Source: Octopus vulgaris
Taxonomy: Eukaryota
Reading direction: 5' to 3'
Assembly (NCBI GenBank): GCA_951406725.2
Contig: OX597827.1
Location: forward strand, 41,044,001-41,108,000
DNA length: 64,000 nucleotides
A model generated the notes under the pieces. That model saw only the letters and a list, made by a program, of their open reading frames with translations. It searched no databases and had not been told where the DNA came from. The translations under genes and the position numbers were made by a program. Shown one piece after another: positions 37,628 through 51,124 of the stretch (positions are counted from its first letter, which is position 1; each line of letters starts with the position of its first letter).

Positions 37628-37774
37628 AGTGTACATTTAAACACATTAAGGTGTCCATCATAGGACTACCTTGTGCTAGAAGGAACAGCTAAAGTCCAGT
37701 TTGGACTTTAGCTGTTCCTTCTAGCGTAAGGTAATCCTATGATGGACATCTCTTAATGTGTTTAAATGTACACT
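37628..37774. repeat. Near-perfect 147-bp hairpin (71-bp arm, 3-nt loop)
   Basis: AGTGTACATTTAAACACATTAAG..AGCTAAAGTCCA-gtt-TGGACTTTAGCT..CTTAATGTGTTTAAATGTACACT with few mismatches. Confidence 0.9.
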
Positions 37775-38204
37775 ATTATATATGAATAATATATAGTCTA
37801 TTGACTAATTTTTCTATACGCTAGGCCACTGGTAGTAAAAATTTCTAAAATCTTCATTATATATCTATATATATACTGCCACATGGGGTGTATATGAGAT
37901 TATATATATGAACACAATATGGCCAAATGGTTAAGAAGTTCTCATTTAATAATCATGAGATCTCAGGGTTAATTCCATAGAGCAGCATCTCAGCCAAGTA
38001 TCTTTTACCACAGTCTCCTTTCAACCTAAGCCATGTGATTGAACAAGTGGGTGGATGGAAACTGTAAAGAAGCCTACTGATAGGTCATACGTGTACTTCA
38101 AATTATGCCCTAAAAAATATGACAAAGGTTAATGCATATATCTGTGGAATACCCAGCCATTTCAATAAGCTAGATAATTCAGTTGACTGAATACTTATCT
38201 AAAT

Positions 38205-39255
38205 CAGTAATTCTCAACCGGGGTCCATATGCAATAAATTGGTTCTATTTCATAAGGTGGTTAGCATTAGGAAGGGCATCCAGTCATAAAAAATGTACCG
38301 TAAATCCTCGAGTATAGTCTGCCCTTAAGTATAATATGCAGGGGATTTTTAGGGGACTGTACCTCTGAAAAACCTAAACCTTCTCTAACTTGAGTCGTGC
38401 ATAATTAAGCCAGCAGCACCTATTTGAACATGAACAAACACTTTCGTGCATGCGTAATACAATAATTGTGATGTTCTTAACTGTTATATGGGAATATAAA
38501 TATGTTTGCAAATTGTTTTTGTTACATGTTGTTCTGTGTTCTGAATACTTTTATTTTAGTAAATGTTGCTTACTGCAAGTTATGATGATTCTTTTATGAC
38601 TTCATTACTTTCAGGCTTAGCTTATGGTATTTTTGCATCTGACATCACAAAATGCACCTGAATAAACATTGCCGGACAGCAAATAGAGCCTCGGACATTG
38701 CTTAGAACCTCATATATAGTACGCACTAGGGATTTTGACAATTAAATTTTGAGAAAAAAGTGCAGATTATACTCGAGGATTTACGGTATGCCAAAACAGA
38801 CAGTGAAGTCTGGTGCAGTCTTCTGGCTTGCCAGCTCCTGTTAAACCAGCCAACCCATGCCAGCATGGAAAACGGACGTTAATTGATGATGATGATAATT
38901 TGATTATATTTTTACAATACACAAAATATATTAACACTTATTTCATACAATTTCTAATAATATTTATTCTTTTATTTCTTTCAGTCATCTGACTGCAGCC
39001 ATGCTGGAGCACCGCCCTTAGGCGAATAAACTGACCTTAGGACTAATTCTTTATAAGCCTAGTACTTATTCTATCGGTCCCTTTTGCTGAACCACTAAGT
39101 TATGGGGACATGAACACACCAGCATCGCTTGTCAAGTGATAGTGGGGGAAAAACACAGACGCACAAACATATACATCACTTCCCAAGCGTTAAACTAATA
39201 CATCTGTTTGTTGTCTACACCACTTGTCTTCGTCTTTAGTTTTTTTGTGAATTCT

Positions 39256-39301
<46 letters not shown>

Positions 39302-39486
39302 TCATCATCATCATTTAGCGTCCGCTTTCCATGCTAGCATGGGTTGGACGGTTCAACTGGGGTCTGTGAAGCCAGAAGGCTGCATCAGGCCCAGTCTGTT
39401 CTGGCAGTGTTTCTAGGGCTGGATGCCCTTCCTAACGCCAACCACTCCGTGAGTGTAGTGGGTGCTTTTTACGTGCCACCCATATA

Positions 39487-39520
<34 letters not shown>

Positions 39521-39810
39521 CATACATACGATGGGCTTTTTCTGTCTCTGTCTACCAACTGCACGCACAAGGCTTTGATCAGCCCAAGGCTATAGTAGAA
39601 GGCACTTGCCCAAGGTATCACACAGTGGGACTGAACCTGGAACCATGTGGTGGGTAAGCAAGCTACTTACCACACAGCCACTCCTACACCTTTAATTATG
39701 AAAATACAATAAGATGTTTTTTTAAACATCCAATGGCTATGGGGGGGGGCACCGGAGTGAAACAGGAAATCAAAAGGGTTTGTAGACAGAAAAATGGTTG
39801 GGAACCACTG
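38205..39810. mobile_element. hAT-type MITE expanded by multiple nested insertions
   Basis: Ends CAGTAATTCTCAACC...GGTTGGGAACCACTG; degenerate 8-bp TSD ATCTAAAT/ACCTGAAT; related copies at 55789-56466 and ~1290-1412. Confidence 0.65.
38298..38786. mobile_element. Tc1/pogo-type MITE
   Basis: TA-CCGTAAATCCTCGAGTATA...TATACTCGAGGATTTACGG-TA, perfect 19-bp TIR; splits a (GAT)n-tailed SINE. Confidence 0.85.
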
Positions 39811-40299
39811 ACCTGAATCACTGGAATCCATTAATTATATTTTTTATATATGTTTATTATATGGAAGCATTAGGTGTGTGTACATGTGTGACTATATATA
39901 TGAATGTGCAATTGATATTGTGAACATATATGTATGTAGTCAGCATTAAATGTACATTGTGTGTGTGTGGCTAGATATATTTGAAAGATATTGTGAAAGT
40001 GTATGTATGTACAATCCACACTGGGGGTACATAGGAATGTATATGTCAATGTATATATATATGGTTCACATTAGGGCATGTACCAGTATGTGACAGACTA
40101 TATGTGAACAATAGGCACAGGAGTGGCTGTGTGGTAAGTAGCTTGCTTACCAACCACATGGTTCTGGGTTCAGTCCCACCGTGAGGCACCTTGGGCAAGT
40201 GTCTTCTACTATAGCCTTGTGAGTCAATTTGGTAGATGGAAACTGAAAGAAGCCCATTGTGTATGTATGTATATATGTGTGTGTGTGTGTGTGTGTGTA

Positions 40300-40496
40300 T
40301 AGTTAATCCAAACATGAAAACACAACGCGAGGATGTGGAACAAGTATAGTGTTATTGGACGCTCAGGAAAGAAAAGAAAGAAGGAGGATTTAACGTTTCG
40401 AGTGGAGCTCTTCGTCAGAAACATAGGAAAAGGAAAGATCCAAGGAAGGGAAGACGGAGGAAGAAAATCGCCAACGATATACATGCAGTCACATTT

Positions 40497-40499
<3 letters not shown>
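40300..40499 (-). mobile_element. Short (~200 bp) hammerhead-carrying insert, likely a Penelope-like LTR fragment, inside a SINE's (TG)n/(TA)n tract
   Basis: Unique CpG-retaining block splitting the internal microsatellite of the SINE at 40114-40752; other copies of that SINE lack it. Confidence 0.65.
40388..40422 (-). ncRNA. Minimal type I hammerhead ribozyme (Penelope-like/retrozyme type)
   Basis: Minus strand GTTT-CTGACGA-A-GAG(ctcca)CTC-GAAAC-GT-T-AAAT: both core boxes present, 3-bp stem II, palindromic stem III (AACGTT), 4-bp stem I including one G.U pair. Confidence 0.7.
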
Positions 40500-40544
<45 letters not shown>

Positions 40545-40759
40545 GTGTGTCTGTGTTTGTCCCCCCAACATTGCTTGACAACTGATGCTGGTGTGTTTAT
40601 GCCCTCGTAACTTAGCAGTTTGGCAAAGAGACTGATAGAATAAGTACTAGGCTTACAAAGAATAAGTCCTGGGGTCAATTTGCTCGACTAAAGGCGGTGC
40701 TCCAGCATGGCTGCAATCAAGATGACTGAAACAAATAAAAGAATAAAAGAATATTGCGA

Positions 40760-41940
40760 ACGTGTATGTATGTATGTATAGTCCACATTCAATGCACATG
40801 TGAGTGTGCATATGTGAATTTATGACACACTATTTTTAAATTGTAAATGTATGTGCATTTTGGATGTATGCATGTATAGTAGTACATGTGTGTCTTCATT
40901 TGGCTAGAATCAATGCATGTGTATGTATTGTATGTGTGTGTATGTGTCATCATATTGCTAGACTTTGAGTGTGTGTGTGTGTGAGTGTGTGTGTGAGTGT
41001 GTGTGTGTGAGTGTGTGTGTGTGTGTGAGTGTGTGTGTGTGTGTGTGTGTGCGTTGCTGTGTACAGTATGTCTATCAGCATGTGTATATATTTGTGCATA
41101 AATGTTTCTGCCTGCTAATATGTGGGTGTGTGTGTGTTTGTATGTGCCTGCGAGTTTGTAAGTATATAACTATGTGTATCTATGAACATGTTAGTGTGAC
41201 TGTGTGTATGTGTGTGTGTGAGCATTAAGTATGTGGGTGTGACTGTGTGTGTATATATATATATATGTGTGTGTGTATGTGTGTGTGTGTGTGTGTATGT
41301 GTGTGTGTCTATCAGCAGTGAATGAAAGAGTGTGTGTGAGTGCGTGTGTTTGGAAATGATTGTATATATGTGTGTGTGTTGTTCTGTAACTCTGTGAATA
41401 TGTTTGTATGTGTGTGTGTGTGTGTGTGTATATGTATTCTGTGCATTTGTGTATTTTTCTGTGTGTGTATATCTGTATGAGTGTGTGTCCAGCTATCTGT
41501 GTGCATGTGTGTATCTGTGATTGTGTTTATGAATGTTCATCTAGGTGTGTGTGTGTGTGTGTGCATATGTTTGTCTCTATATATATGTGTCTGGCTATGT
41601 GTGTTTATGTATGTCTGCCTGTGGGTTTATGTGTGCGTTTCTAAGTGTATGAGTGTCTGTGTGTGTGTCCGTCATCATGTATGTATACGCCTGTCTGTTT
41701 ATACCTGCTTTCTGTATGAGCGTATATTTGTTAGTATGTTTGCATGTACTTGTCTTCCTATATATGTGTGTGTGTTTGCCAATGAATGTGTGACAGTCTG
41801 TAAGTGTATGTAATCTGTGTGCATATGTCTGTCTTTCTACATATATATATGTGTGTGTGTGCCAGTCTGTGCGTGTGTCAGTGCACACCTATATGTGTGC
41901 ATCAATCGATGTGTAGGTGACTCTGTGTGTGTGTAATCTG
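40760..41940. repeat. Degenerate (TG)n-rich low-complexity region
   Basis: Read directly; similar tract at 34450-35420. Confidence 0.85.
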
Positions 41941-44229
41941 TGAGTGTAAGGAGGTGGTGTGATGTGAAAAACTAACATGCCAGCTGTTTCAATACTGTAA
42001 ACATATGAAGGTCATGCAGATGTTTGTTTCAACTTGTGGTATTGATAGTAGCACTGATGATGATGTTGATAGTGATCTTGGTAGTGACGTTGATGGTGGT
42101 GTTGGTGTGAGTGGAGATGTAGTAGTGGTAGTTGTGGTGTTGTTTCTATATAGTGATGTCAGTGGTGGAGATGTGGTAGTATTGGTTATGGTCTCGGATG
42201 GTGGTGGAAATGTGGCAGTATTGGTTATAGTCTTGGATGGTGGTGGTAATGATGGGGGTAGCAATGATGTTGGTGCTTTGGTGATGATGGTGATAATGAT
42301 GGTGGTGTTGGTGGTGCTTAGCTGCAGCTCAATCCTATACAAGCAAGCCTATGATCAAAGGCATTCCAACCATGACCACCCTGTCTTTTACAATATCTTT
42401 TACCTTTTATTTGTCTCGGTCATTAGACTGTGGCCATGCTGGGGCACTAACTTGAAAAATTTTAGTCAAACGAACCAACTCCAGGACTTATTTTTTTACG
42501 CCTGGTACTTATTCTGTTGGTCTCTTTTGCTGAACCACTAAGTCACAGGGTTGTAAACACATCAACACTGGTTGTCAAGCAATGATGAGGGACAAACACG
42601 AAGACACACACACACGATGGGCTTCTTTCAGTTTCCGTCTACCAAATCTATACACAAGGCTTTGGTCAGCCCAAAGGTATAGTAGAAGGCACTTGTTCAA
42701 GATGCCACGCTGTGGGACAGAACCCAGACCCATGCAGTTGGGAAGCTTCTAACCACACAGCCATACCCGTGCCTACATAGAACTACATTATCTAATGGAT
42801 TTTATTTTTCCCTCATTTAAGACAGTAGGATGGTGGTGGTGGTGGCGGTGGTGGTGATGACGATAACACTGTTATTGTTGGTTAGCCCTAGGTCAGATTA
42901 AACTAAGTAGACCTATAAAGGCCAAAGGCATTCCAGCTGTGACCGTTCTGTCTTATTTTCAGAAGTAGGATATATAGGATATTTAAGACAGTGTGTGCAT
43001 GTGTGTGTTTGTGATCCCTTTTCCAAAAGCTAGGGTGTGATTTGAGAGATTTAGCTTCTATTTCTAGCAGGTCAGTCGACCACATAAAGACTCTTTCAAT
43101 GGCTCAGTAATAGTGTTGACAGCAAAGGTGGTGGTGGTGGTGGTGGTGTGGATGCTGATCGGCAATGATGGGAAGTGGTAATGTTTTGGTGGTGGTGATG
43201 GTGGTGGTGGTGGTGGTGGTGGTTTACAGTGATGCTGAGGATGGTAATATTGATTATTGGTGTTCTTTTAAGTGGAGGTGGGGGGCAGGCCTATGATGAA
43301 AGGCATTCCAGTCATGACCAGCCCATTATGTTATCTACCCCAAAAATAATATAGGAGTACATTGTTCACTGTGTCTTTCCATTATTTTTTTCAGACAGAG
43401 GAGTCTGACTTGATGTGTAGTTAGCTGCTATTTCAAGTATGTCGAGAGGCTATGGGATGATGCTGTTTGAGAGCAGGAATGTGGCATATTGATGATGACA
43501 ATGGTGTTGGGAGTGTGGTTGTGTGACAACGGCAGTGGTATTGATAAAAGTACTTAAATTCAACTCGAAAAATTATTGGTTCAAATCCCACTACAGTCAA
43601 TGAAATAAATACCAGTAAAACAAGAATGGAAAAGATCAGATAAACTCGAATTGGACAGGAAAAGAGAGAAAAAGGAAATTAAGGCTGAGAAATTATGATG
43701 ATAATGATGAAAGTGGCATGCTGGCCGAGTCGTTAACGACAAAATGCTTAGTGGCATTTCGTCTGTCTTTTCATTTAGTTCAAATTCTGCTGAGGTCGAT
43801 TTTTGCCTTTCATCCTTTTGGAGTCGGTAAAATAAGTACCAGATGGGTACTGGGGGGAGGGGGTATGTAATCGAGTCACTCCCTCCCCTGGAATTGCTGG
43901 TCTTGCGCCCAAATTTGAAACTTATTACTATGAAGATTATTAGCAGCAGCAGAATTAGTATTACTTGTATGTGTGTGTATGTGTGTGTGTGTGCATCCAA
44001 GCAGTTCAACCCATGCCAGCATGGAAAAGGGGATGTTAAATGATGATAGTGATACATGTTTTTGTAATTATAAAATATTTTTAAAATGTGAATATTAATT
44101 AGAAAAAGGATTCACTACGATTAAGAGTTAGATGCTAATAGTAACTTCACTAAAAAATTATATATATATATACACACACACACAAATACATAATATGCAT
44201 ATATGTATGTATGTATATATGTATGTATA

Positions 44230-44629
44230 TCTTTATATATAAAAGTGAAGTTGTGTGTCTGTCTCCTACGATTTAGATTCCTAACTACTCCCACATTTTG
44301 CAGTGCAGTTTAACCAAAACCGGGTATCTTATAGTCGTGATTTATATTGAGCCCTTCTGAGTATTACCGCGCATCTACGATGAGTCTACGATTTAAAAAA
44401 AAATTTACCATAATTTTTTTCCATTTTAATGCATTTTTTTCGCTATTATATAAGGGAAGTAACTCTCTAAAAATGTCTACAATGAGTCAACGATGTTTTA
44501 AAAAATTTACCATAATTTTTTTTTCCATTTTTGATGCATTTTTTTGCTATTTTTGGACTATAACTCTCTAAAAATGCTTATATAGTTATTTCCCTTACAA
44601 ACCCGAGCAACGCCAGGCGATACTGCTAG
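44230..44629 (+). mobile_element. Non-autonomous Helitron
   Basis: 5' TC, 3' CTAG, inserted between A and T, GC-rich subterminal segment CCCGAGCAACGCCAGGCG, internal tandem duplication. Confidence 0.75.
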
Positions 44630-47600
44630 TATATATATATGTGTGTGTGTGTGAATGTATATACGTGTGTGTGTATGTATGTACATACACATGCACACAA
44701 ATACATTGTAAACGAATGATTGTACATACACAAATACATAATTTGTATATAGCTATACATTATATAGATACACACACACACACAAATATGTATAAATTTA
44801 CTCATTAAAAGTGATGAATCACTTCTCCACAACGTTGCTTGAAGGACAGCAACTAAGCATAACAAACTCTGAGTAGTGATGAAGTGAAACAAATACAACG
44901 TGCCTTTCAGTATTTATTTAGCTTTATCTCTTTACATTCTGAATCCTGCTTATCAACTTAGCTATTCATCTCGTCAAGGTCGATAAACAAAGTACTAGTT
45001 AGTTTAATTGATTACATCTTGTTCCTACGAAGCGGTGGCATTTTGCCTGTCTGCATAGAAATCATTATTGTTGCTTAGAGTGGTGAATGTTTTGTGTGTC
45101 GGACAAAATGCTTAGTAGCTTTTCTTCTGACATTAAATTATGTTCTCGGTTCAAATTCTGCTGAGGTTAACTTTGCCTTTCATCTTTTCAGGGTCGATGG
45201 AAGTAGTACCAGTCAAGCACTGGAGTCAATATAATCAACTTACACACTCCCCGAAAATTTCAGGTCTCATGATCATCATCATCTTTTAACATCCGCTTTC
45301 CATGCTAGCATGGGTTGGACTATATGATATTATTATTATTATTAAGGCAGTGAGCAGGCAGAATTGTTAGCACGCTGGACAAAATGCTTAGCAGTATTTC
45401 ACCCATCACTACATTCTGAGTTAAAATTCCACCAAAGTCGACTTTGCCTTTCATCTCTTTTGGAGGACAATGTAATTGACTCATCCCCTCCCCCAAAATT
45501 GTTGCCCTTGAGGCAAAAATTTGAAATAATTATTATTATTAAGGCAGTAAACTGGCAGAATTGTTAGCATGCTGGACAAAATGCTTAGCGATATTTCACC
45601 TGTCGCTATGTTCTTAGTTCAAGTTCCACTGAGGTCAACTTTACCTTTCATCCTTTCGGGGTTGATATATTAAGCACCAGTGAAACACTGGGGTTGATGT
45701 AATCAACTAGTCCCTTCCCCAAAATTTCAGGCCTTGTGCCTTTAGTAGAAAGGATCATCATCATTATTATTATTATTATTATTATTAAGGTGGCGAGTTA
45801 GCAGAATTGTGATCATGCCAGACAAAATGTTTAGAAGCATTTCATCTGTCTGAACATTCTGAGTTCAAATTCTGCCATGGTTGATTTTGCCTTTTGTCCT
45901 GTCAAGGTCAATGTAACTGACTAAACACCTTCCCAAAAATTTCCAGTTGAATACTGAGGTTGACTATCCCACTTCCCCAAATTTCAGGCCTTGTGCCTAT
46001 AATAGAAATGATTAATCGACATTCTATAGATGGTTTGTGGTAAGCAAGAATCGACTAGATGGTCTGTACCAGAGGACTTTTGAGGTCTGTAGAATAAGTA
46101 ACAGTTCCGCACAGGGGTTCATGTGATTGGATTCTCCCTCCTTGAAGTTTGAGCTTTTCTGCCAAAATTAGAAAAAAATTACAGGTTGTTGCTGACTTGT
46201 AACCTATCTGACTTACAATCAATTGACTTTATGATTGGCGTGCTAGCTCCTGGCAGCAATAATATGTACAGTTGAAATCTAATGGGTTTAATTTCTTAGA
46301 AATTAACCCAACTACAGGCAGAGGTATTGTTTTCAGTCATGTTTGTTAAATTTTTTTTTTTTTTTCCGTAGGCAAGGTATCTCAAGAACCGCTGGATGGA
46401 TTCCCATGAAAGTTTCAGGGATGTTTGGCCTCATGAATGACACAAACTGATTAGATTTTGGGATCGATCTGGTACCAGACAAGGATTCTGGACTATTTTT
46501 CCTTTTTTTTTTTTTACTTAATTTTCGAGAGCGATCGGGTTCATTTTTAGTATTCTCATTTCTGAGAGCAGGTTGAATTTATTTCAGATATTCTCATCTT
46601 AAAAATTATCTCCGACTAATAGTTGAGAGGACATTGGTGTTGCTTTGGAGGATGTTTGTGCTCTCTGAGTGCTCTTGTTTCTATTATTATTGTTGGAATT
46701 CATTAACTAGCCAACCTTCCCCCAAAATTTCAGGCCTTGTGCCTATAGTAGAAAGGGTTATTGTTAGGGTTTATTTTACTGTTCTTTCTTACATGCTCCT
46801 TTATGTAATCCTACATTATATTATCCGATAATGTCCCAATGGTTATGTGAACACTTCATGGTTAATAGCAAAGACATTCTTTTGCCCTTCTCTCAATAAA
46901 ATGACTACCAATTGAGCACTTGAGTTGATGTAATTACCTAAGCCTCTCCCACCAAAATCTTAGGCTTTCTGCTTATAGCAGAAAGTTTGGGTAATTCTAT
47001 TACTCTTACTCTTTTACTTGTCTCAGTCATTTGACTGCAGCCATGCTAGAGCACCACCTAAAGTTGAACAAATCGACCCCAGGACTTATTCTGTCGGTCT
47101 TTTTTGCCGAACCTCTAAGTTACGGGGACATAAACACACTAGCATCGGTTGTCAAGCCATGTTGGGGGAACAAACACACACATTATATATATATATATAC
47201 GACGGGCTTCTTTTCCCATCCGTACGTTCTGGGTTCAAGTTCCGCCAAGGTCGACTTTGCCTTTCATCCTTCCGGGGTCAATAAAATAAGTACCAGTTGA
47301 ACACTGGGGGGGGGGGGATCAATGTAATCAACTTATCCCCTCCCCCAAAATTGCTACTCTTGTGACAAAACCACCACCACCAAATTTGAGGCCTTGTGCT
47401 TCCAGTAGAAAGGATGATTATTATTATCATTATTATTATTAAGGGCAGCAAGATGGCAGAATTGTTAGTATGCCAGGAAAGATGTTTAGTGATATTTCAT
47501 CCATCTTTACATTCTAAGTTCAAATTTTGCTGAGACTGACTTTTCATCTTTTAGAGGTCAATAAAATAAGTACTAGTTGAGGACTGGGGTCAATGTAACT

Positions 47601-48174
47601 ACTTGACCCCTTTCCCGAACTTGCTGGCCTTGTGCCAAAATTTGAAATAATAATAATAATTATTATTATTACCAGTAATAATAGTTGTTGTATAGCACCA
47701 GGTCAACCCTGACCGAGCATCCCACGAGGAGCTAAAGCTTTGATGCCATTAATATCAAAACCTATTTGTCTATCAAGCATTTCACTGTCCAATGCAGCCT
47801 TCATTAATCAAGGTACCAGGGTGTGATTTTGGGGCAATTTAGTTATCATTTCTAGCAAGCAGAGCAAATCACTTAAAGGCTTTGAGTAAACATAGTAATA
47901 GCATAGTAGTAGTAGTAGCAGTAGTTATAGAAAAAGCAATGGTAGTAGTCATCATTATTGTTTTTGTTTAGCCCGAGTTCAATTCTGATCAAGTGGTCCA
48001 TTATATGATGGAACATTCCAGCCATGACCATGCCATTTATATTCAGAGTGCATAATAGATTACATTACCTAATGAATCCTTATTTTTGTAAAGGCAGTAC
48101 AGTGTGATTTGAGGGAGATTTGGCTGCTATTTCTAACAGGCCAAGAAACCAGGTAGAGACGCTGTCAATGGCTC

Positions 48175-49260
48175 GAAATAGTAGTAGTAGTAGTAATGGT
48201 AGTGGAGATGGTAACAGCTAAAGTAGCAGTAAGGCTATCCCCCGCCGACTGCCATCATCCTTATCATCATCATCACCATCATCACCACCACCATCATGAC
48301 AACTGCTAATACTTCCTCCTCCTCCTCCTCCTCCTCCTACCACCACCACAAGAAGGATCAGGTTATGGCCAGCCTGACTCATGCATGTAACTTCAAGGTG
48401 CAGTGGGGTGGGGGAAGGAGAAAGGGAAGCTGCACCTGCTGCATGCATACTGACTTGCATCATTAAACATGCTGTTGTGATTCGTGGTGGTGGTGGTGGT
48501 GGTTGCGAAAACAATGATAATGTTGGCTGGCGGCAGCGATCATAACAATGCTAGTGGGGGTGGTGGCGATGAGTTGGGGGGGGGGGGGGCATGGTGGTGG
48601 TAATATAAATTATGATGATGATGATTATGGTTGACGATGGTGATGATGCTATTGATAACTGTGATGCTGGAATTATAAATTATGATGATGAAGACAGTGG
48701 TGGCAGTGATGACGGTGGTGGTGGTGGTAGTGGTGAAAGTCGGCGTGACTGTGATAGTGGTGGCAATGGTGGTGATGATGATGATGATGGCAGTGATGAT
48801 GCCGGCAATGTTGATGCTGGCAGTGGTGATGAAAACAGCAGTGATGACATAAAATCGAACCACACCATTACAATCCTCCTCCACACCTTCGCCACCACCA
48901 CCACCACCCAACAACCATCTCCTCCTCCTCCTCCTCACCCCGGCACATCCTGTTACTCTACACTTTGTTGCAGAAATACTAAAACAAAAGTAAACCAAAA
49001 TAGCAATGAAACTACTACTATTACTATTACTACTGCTACTGCTGCCACTACAACTATTTCAATAGTTACAATTAGTAACAGACTTGTTACAACTACCACC
49101 ATCACCTATCACTAAGTCACAGCTACCACAAGTTACAACTCCCACTACTACCCAGAGTCACAAACTCTTACTGCTACTCCTAGTCACAACTCCTACTACC
49201 ACTATTTCAAACATGTATTATATCACTTACTCCTACAACTACTATTAATAATAATAATAA
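48175..49260. repeat. Trinucleotide low-complexity region ((GAT)n, (GGT)n, (CCT)n, (ACT)n)
   Basis: Read directly; produces spurious poly-D/G/T/P ORFs on both strands. Confidence 0.8.
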
Positions 49261-49629
49261 TGGTTTTAAATTTTGGCACAAGGCCAGCAAGTTCGCAGGA
49301 GAGGGTAATTAGATTACATTGACCCCAGTGTATCACTGGTACTTAATTTATCAATCTTGAAAGGATGAAAGGCAACATTGACCTCAGCGGAATTTGAACT
49401 CAGAACATAAGGACAGATGTTGTTGTTGTTGATGATGATGATGATGATGATGACGACGACGACGACGACAACAACACCATCATTACTACTGCTGCTATAA
49501 CAACCATAAGAGCATCAATACTACAGCAACAACTACTACTACTACAGCTATCATTGATACTACAAGTTACAACTACTACTTCAACTACCACCACTATTAC
49601 TACTAGTACTGATATGGATAACATCAATA

Positions 49630-50007
49630 GGTGGAGGAGTGGCTGTATGGTAAGTAGCTTGCTTACCAGCTACATGGTTCTGGATTCAGTCCCATTGCGT
49701 GGCACCTTGGGCAAGTGTTTTGTACTATAGCCTCGGGCTGACCAAAGCCTTGTGAGTGGATTTGGTAGACGGAAACTGAAAGAAGCCCATTGTATATTTA
49801 CATATAGATGTGTGTGTTTGTCCCCCCACATTGCTTGCCAACCGATGCTGGTGTGTTTATGTCCCCGTCAGTTAGCGGTTTGGCAAGAGAGACCGATAGA
49901 AGTACTAGGCTTACAAAGAATAAGTCTTGGGGTCGATTTGCTCGACTAAAGGCGGTGCTCCAGCACGGCCGCAGTCAAATACTGAAACAAATAAAAGAAT
50001 AAAAGAA
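49630..50007 (+). mobile_element. SINE family A
   Basis: Full consensus match. Confidence 0.85.
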
Positions 50008-50433
50008 GTACTATTGCAGTTATTACAGCCATAGTATCAATACTACTACTACCATTACTAATCCTACAACCACCACTGATACTACTACAAGGCACAATTA
50101 CTAATTCAACTAATACCACTAAGATCTCAATTGCAATTACTACTACTACTACTGTTACTACAATCTCTAACATTGAGTACTGACAATCAATCACTTCACA
50201 ATTAACTCATGATTTGATGATGTCATCCAGATGTACTTTATGACTTAACTGCTAAAGGTTTTCCTGTTTATGGCAGGCTGGATAGATGGACAGCTACATG
50301 TGGGAGCAGTCCAATGGTAGACAAGCACTTAGAACACAACAATCAAGTTGATGTTAATGGGTTAACTGCCAGGAACATTAAAAAGCTAGCTTGAAATAAT
50401 TATACAATGAAGTCAAAAGAAAACATGACAATA

Positions 50434-50837
50434 GGCGCAGGAGTGGCTGTGTGGTAAGTAGCTTGCTAACCAGTCACATGGTTCCTGGTTCAGTCTCACT
50501 GCATGTCACCTTGGGCAAGTGTCTTCTACTATAGCCTCAGGCCAACCAAAGCCTTGTGAGTGGATTTGGTAGACAGAAACTGAAAGAAGCCTGTCATATA
50601 TATGTATATATATGTATGTGGATGTATATGTTTGTGTGTCTGTGTTTGTCCTCCCAACATTGCTTGACAACCAATGATGGTGTGTTTACGTACTCGTAAC
50701 TTAGCGGTTCGGCAAAAATGGCCGATAGAATAAGTACTAGGCTTACAAAGAAGAAGTCCTGGGATCGATTTGCTCGACTAAAGGCGGTGCTCCATCATAG
50801 CCACAGTCAAATGACTGAAACAAGTAAAAAGAGAGAG
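50434..50837 (+). mobile_element. SINE family A
   Basis: Full consensus match. Confidence 0.85.
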
Positions 50838-51124
50838 ATATTAGTCATTGATTAAGGCGATGAACTGGCAGAACTATTAGCATGCCAGGCAAAATGCGCA
50901 GCAGCATTTAATGTCTTCAGATTCTGAGTTCAAATTCTGCTGAGGTTGGTTTTACTGTTCATCCTTGGGGTTGATAAAATAAGTACCAGTTGAACACTGG
51001 GGTCAATGTAATCAGTTTGCCCCCCTCACCTGAACTTGCTGGCCTTGTACAAAAATTTGAAACCAATATTAATCATTGATTTTAGATTGCTTTGAATATT
51101 TTGGTAAGCATTTGGAGGAAAACT

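Larger units (their letters stand above)
40114..40752 (+). mobile_element. SINE family A, interrupted by the hammerhead insert
   Basis: Head GGCACAGGAGTGGCTGTGTGG..GGTTCAGTCCC; tail GACTGAAACAAATAAAAGAAT. Confidence 0.85.

Noticed and set aside
36990-37692. Many overlapping [12 protein letters not shown] ORFs (also near 1943, 13707, 14361, 34474, 40965 and 51293)
   Set aside because: Translations of (TA)n, (TG)n and (CA)n microsatellites, which lack stops in all frames.
48218-49115. Long Asp/Gly/Thr/Pro-rich ORFs on both strands (likewise 41989-42541)
   Set aside because: Trinucleotide low complexity; open on both strands, no domain and no splice support.
50277-50316. Possible 40-nt plus-strand exon (tggcag|GCTGG..AATG|gtagac)
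   Set aside because: Weak donor and no partner exons on that strand.
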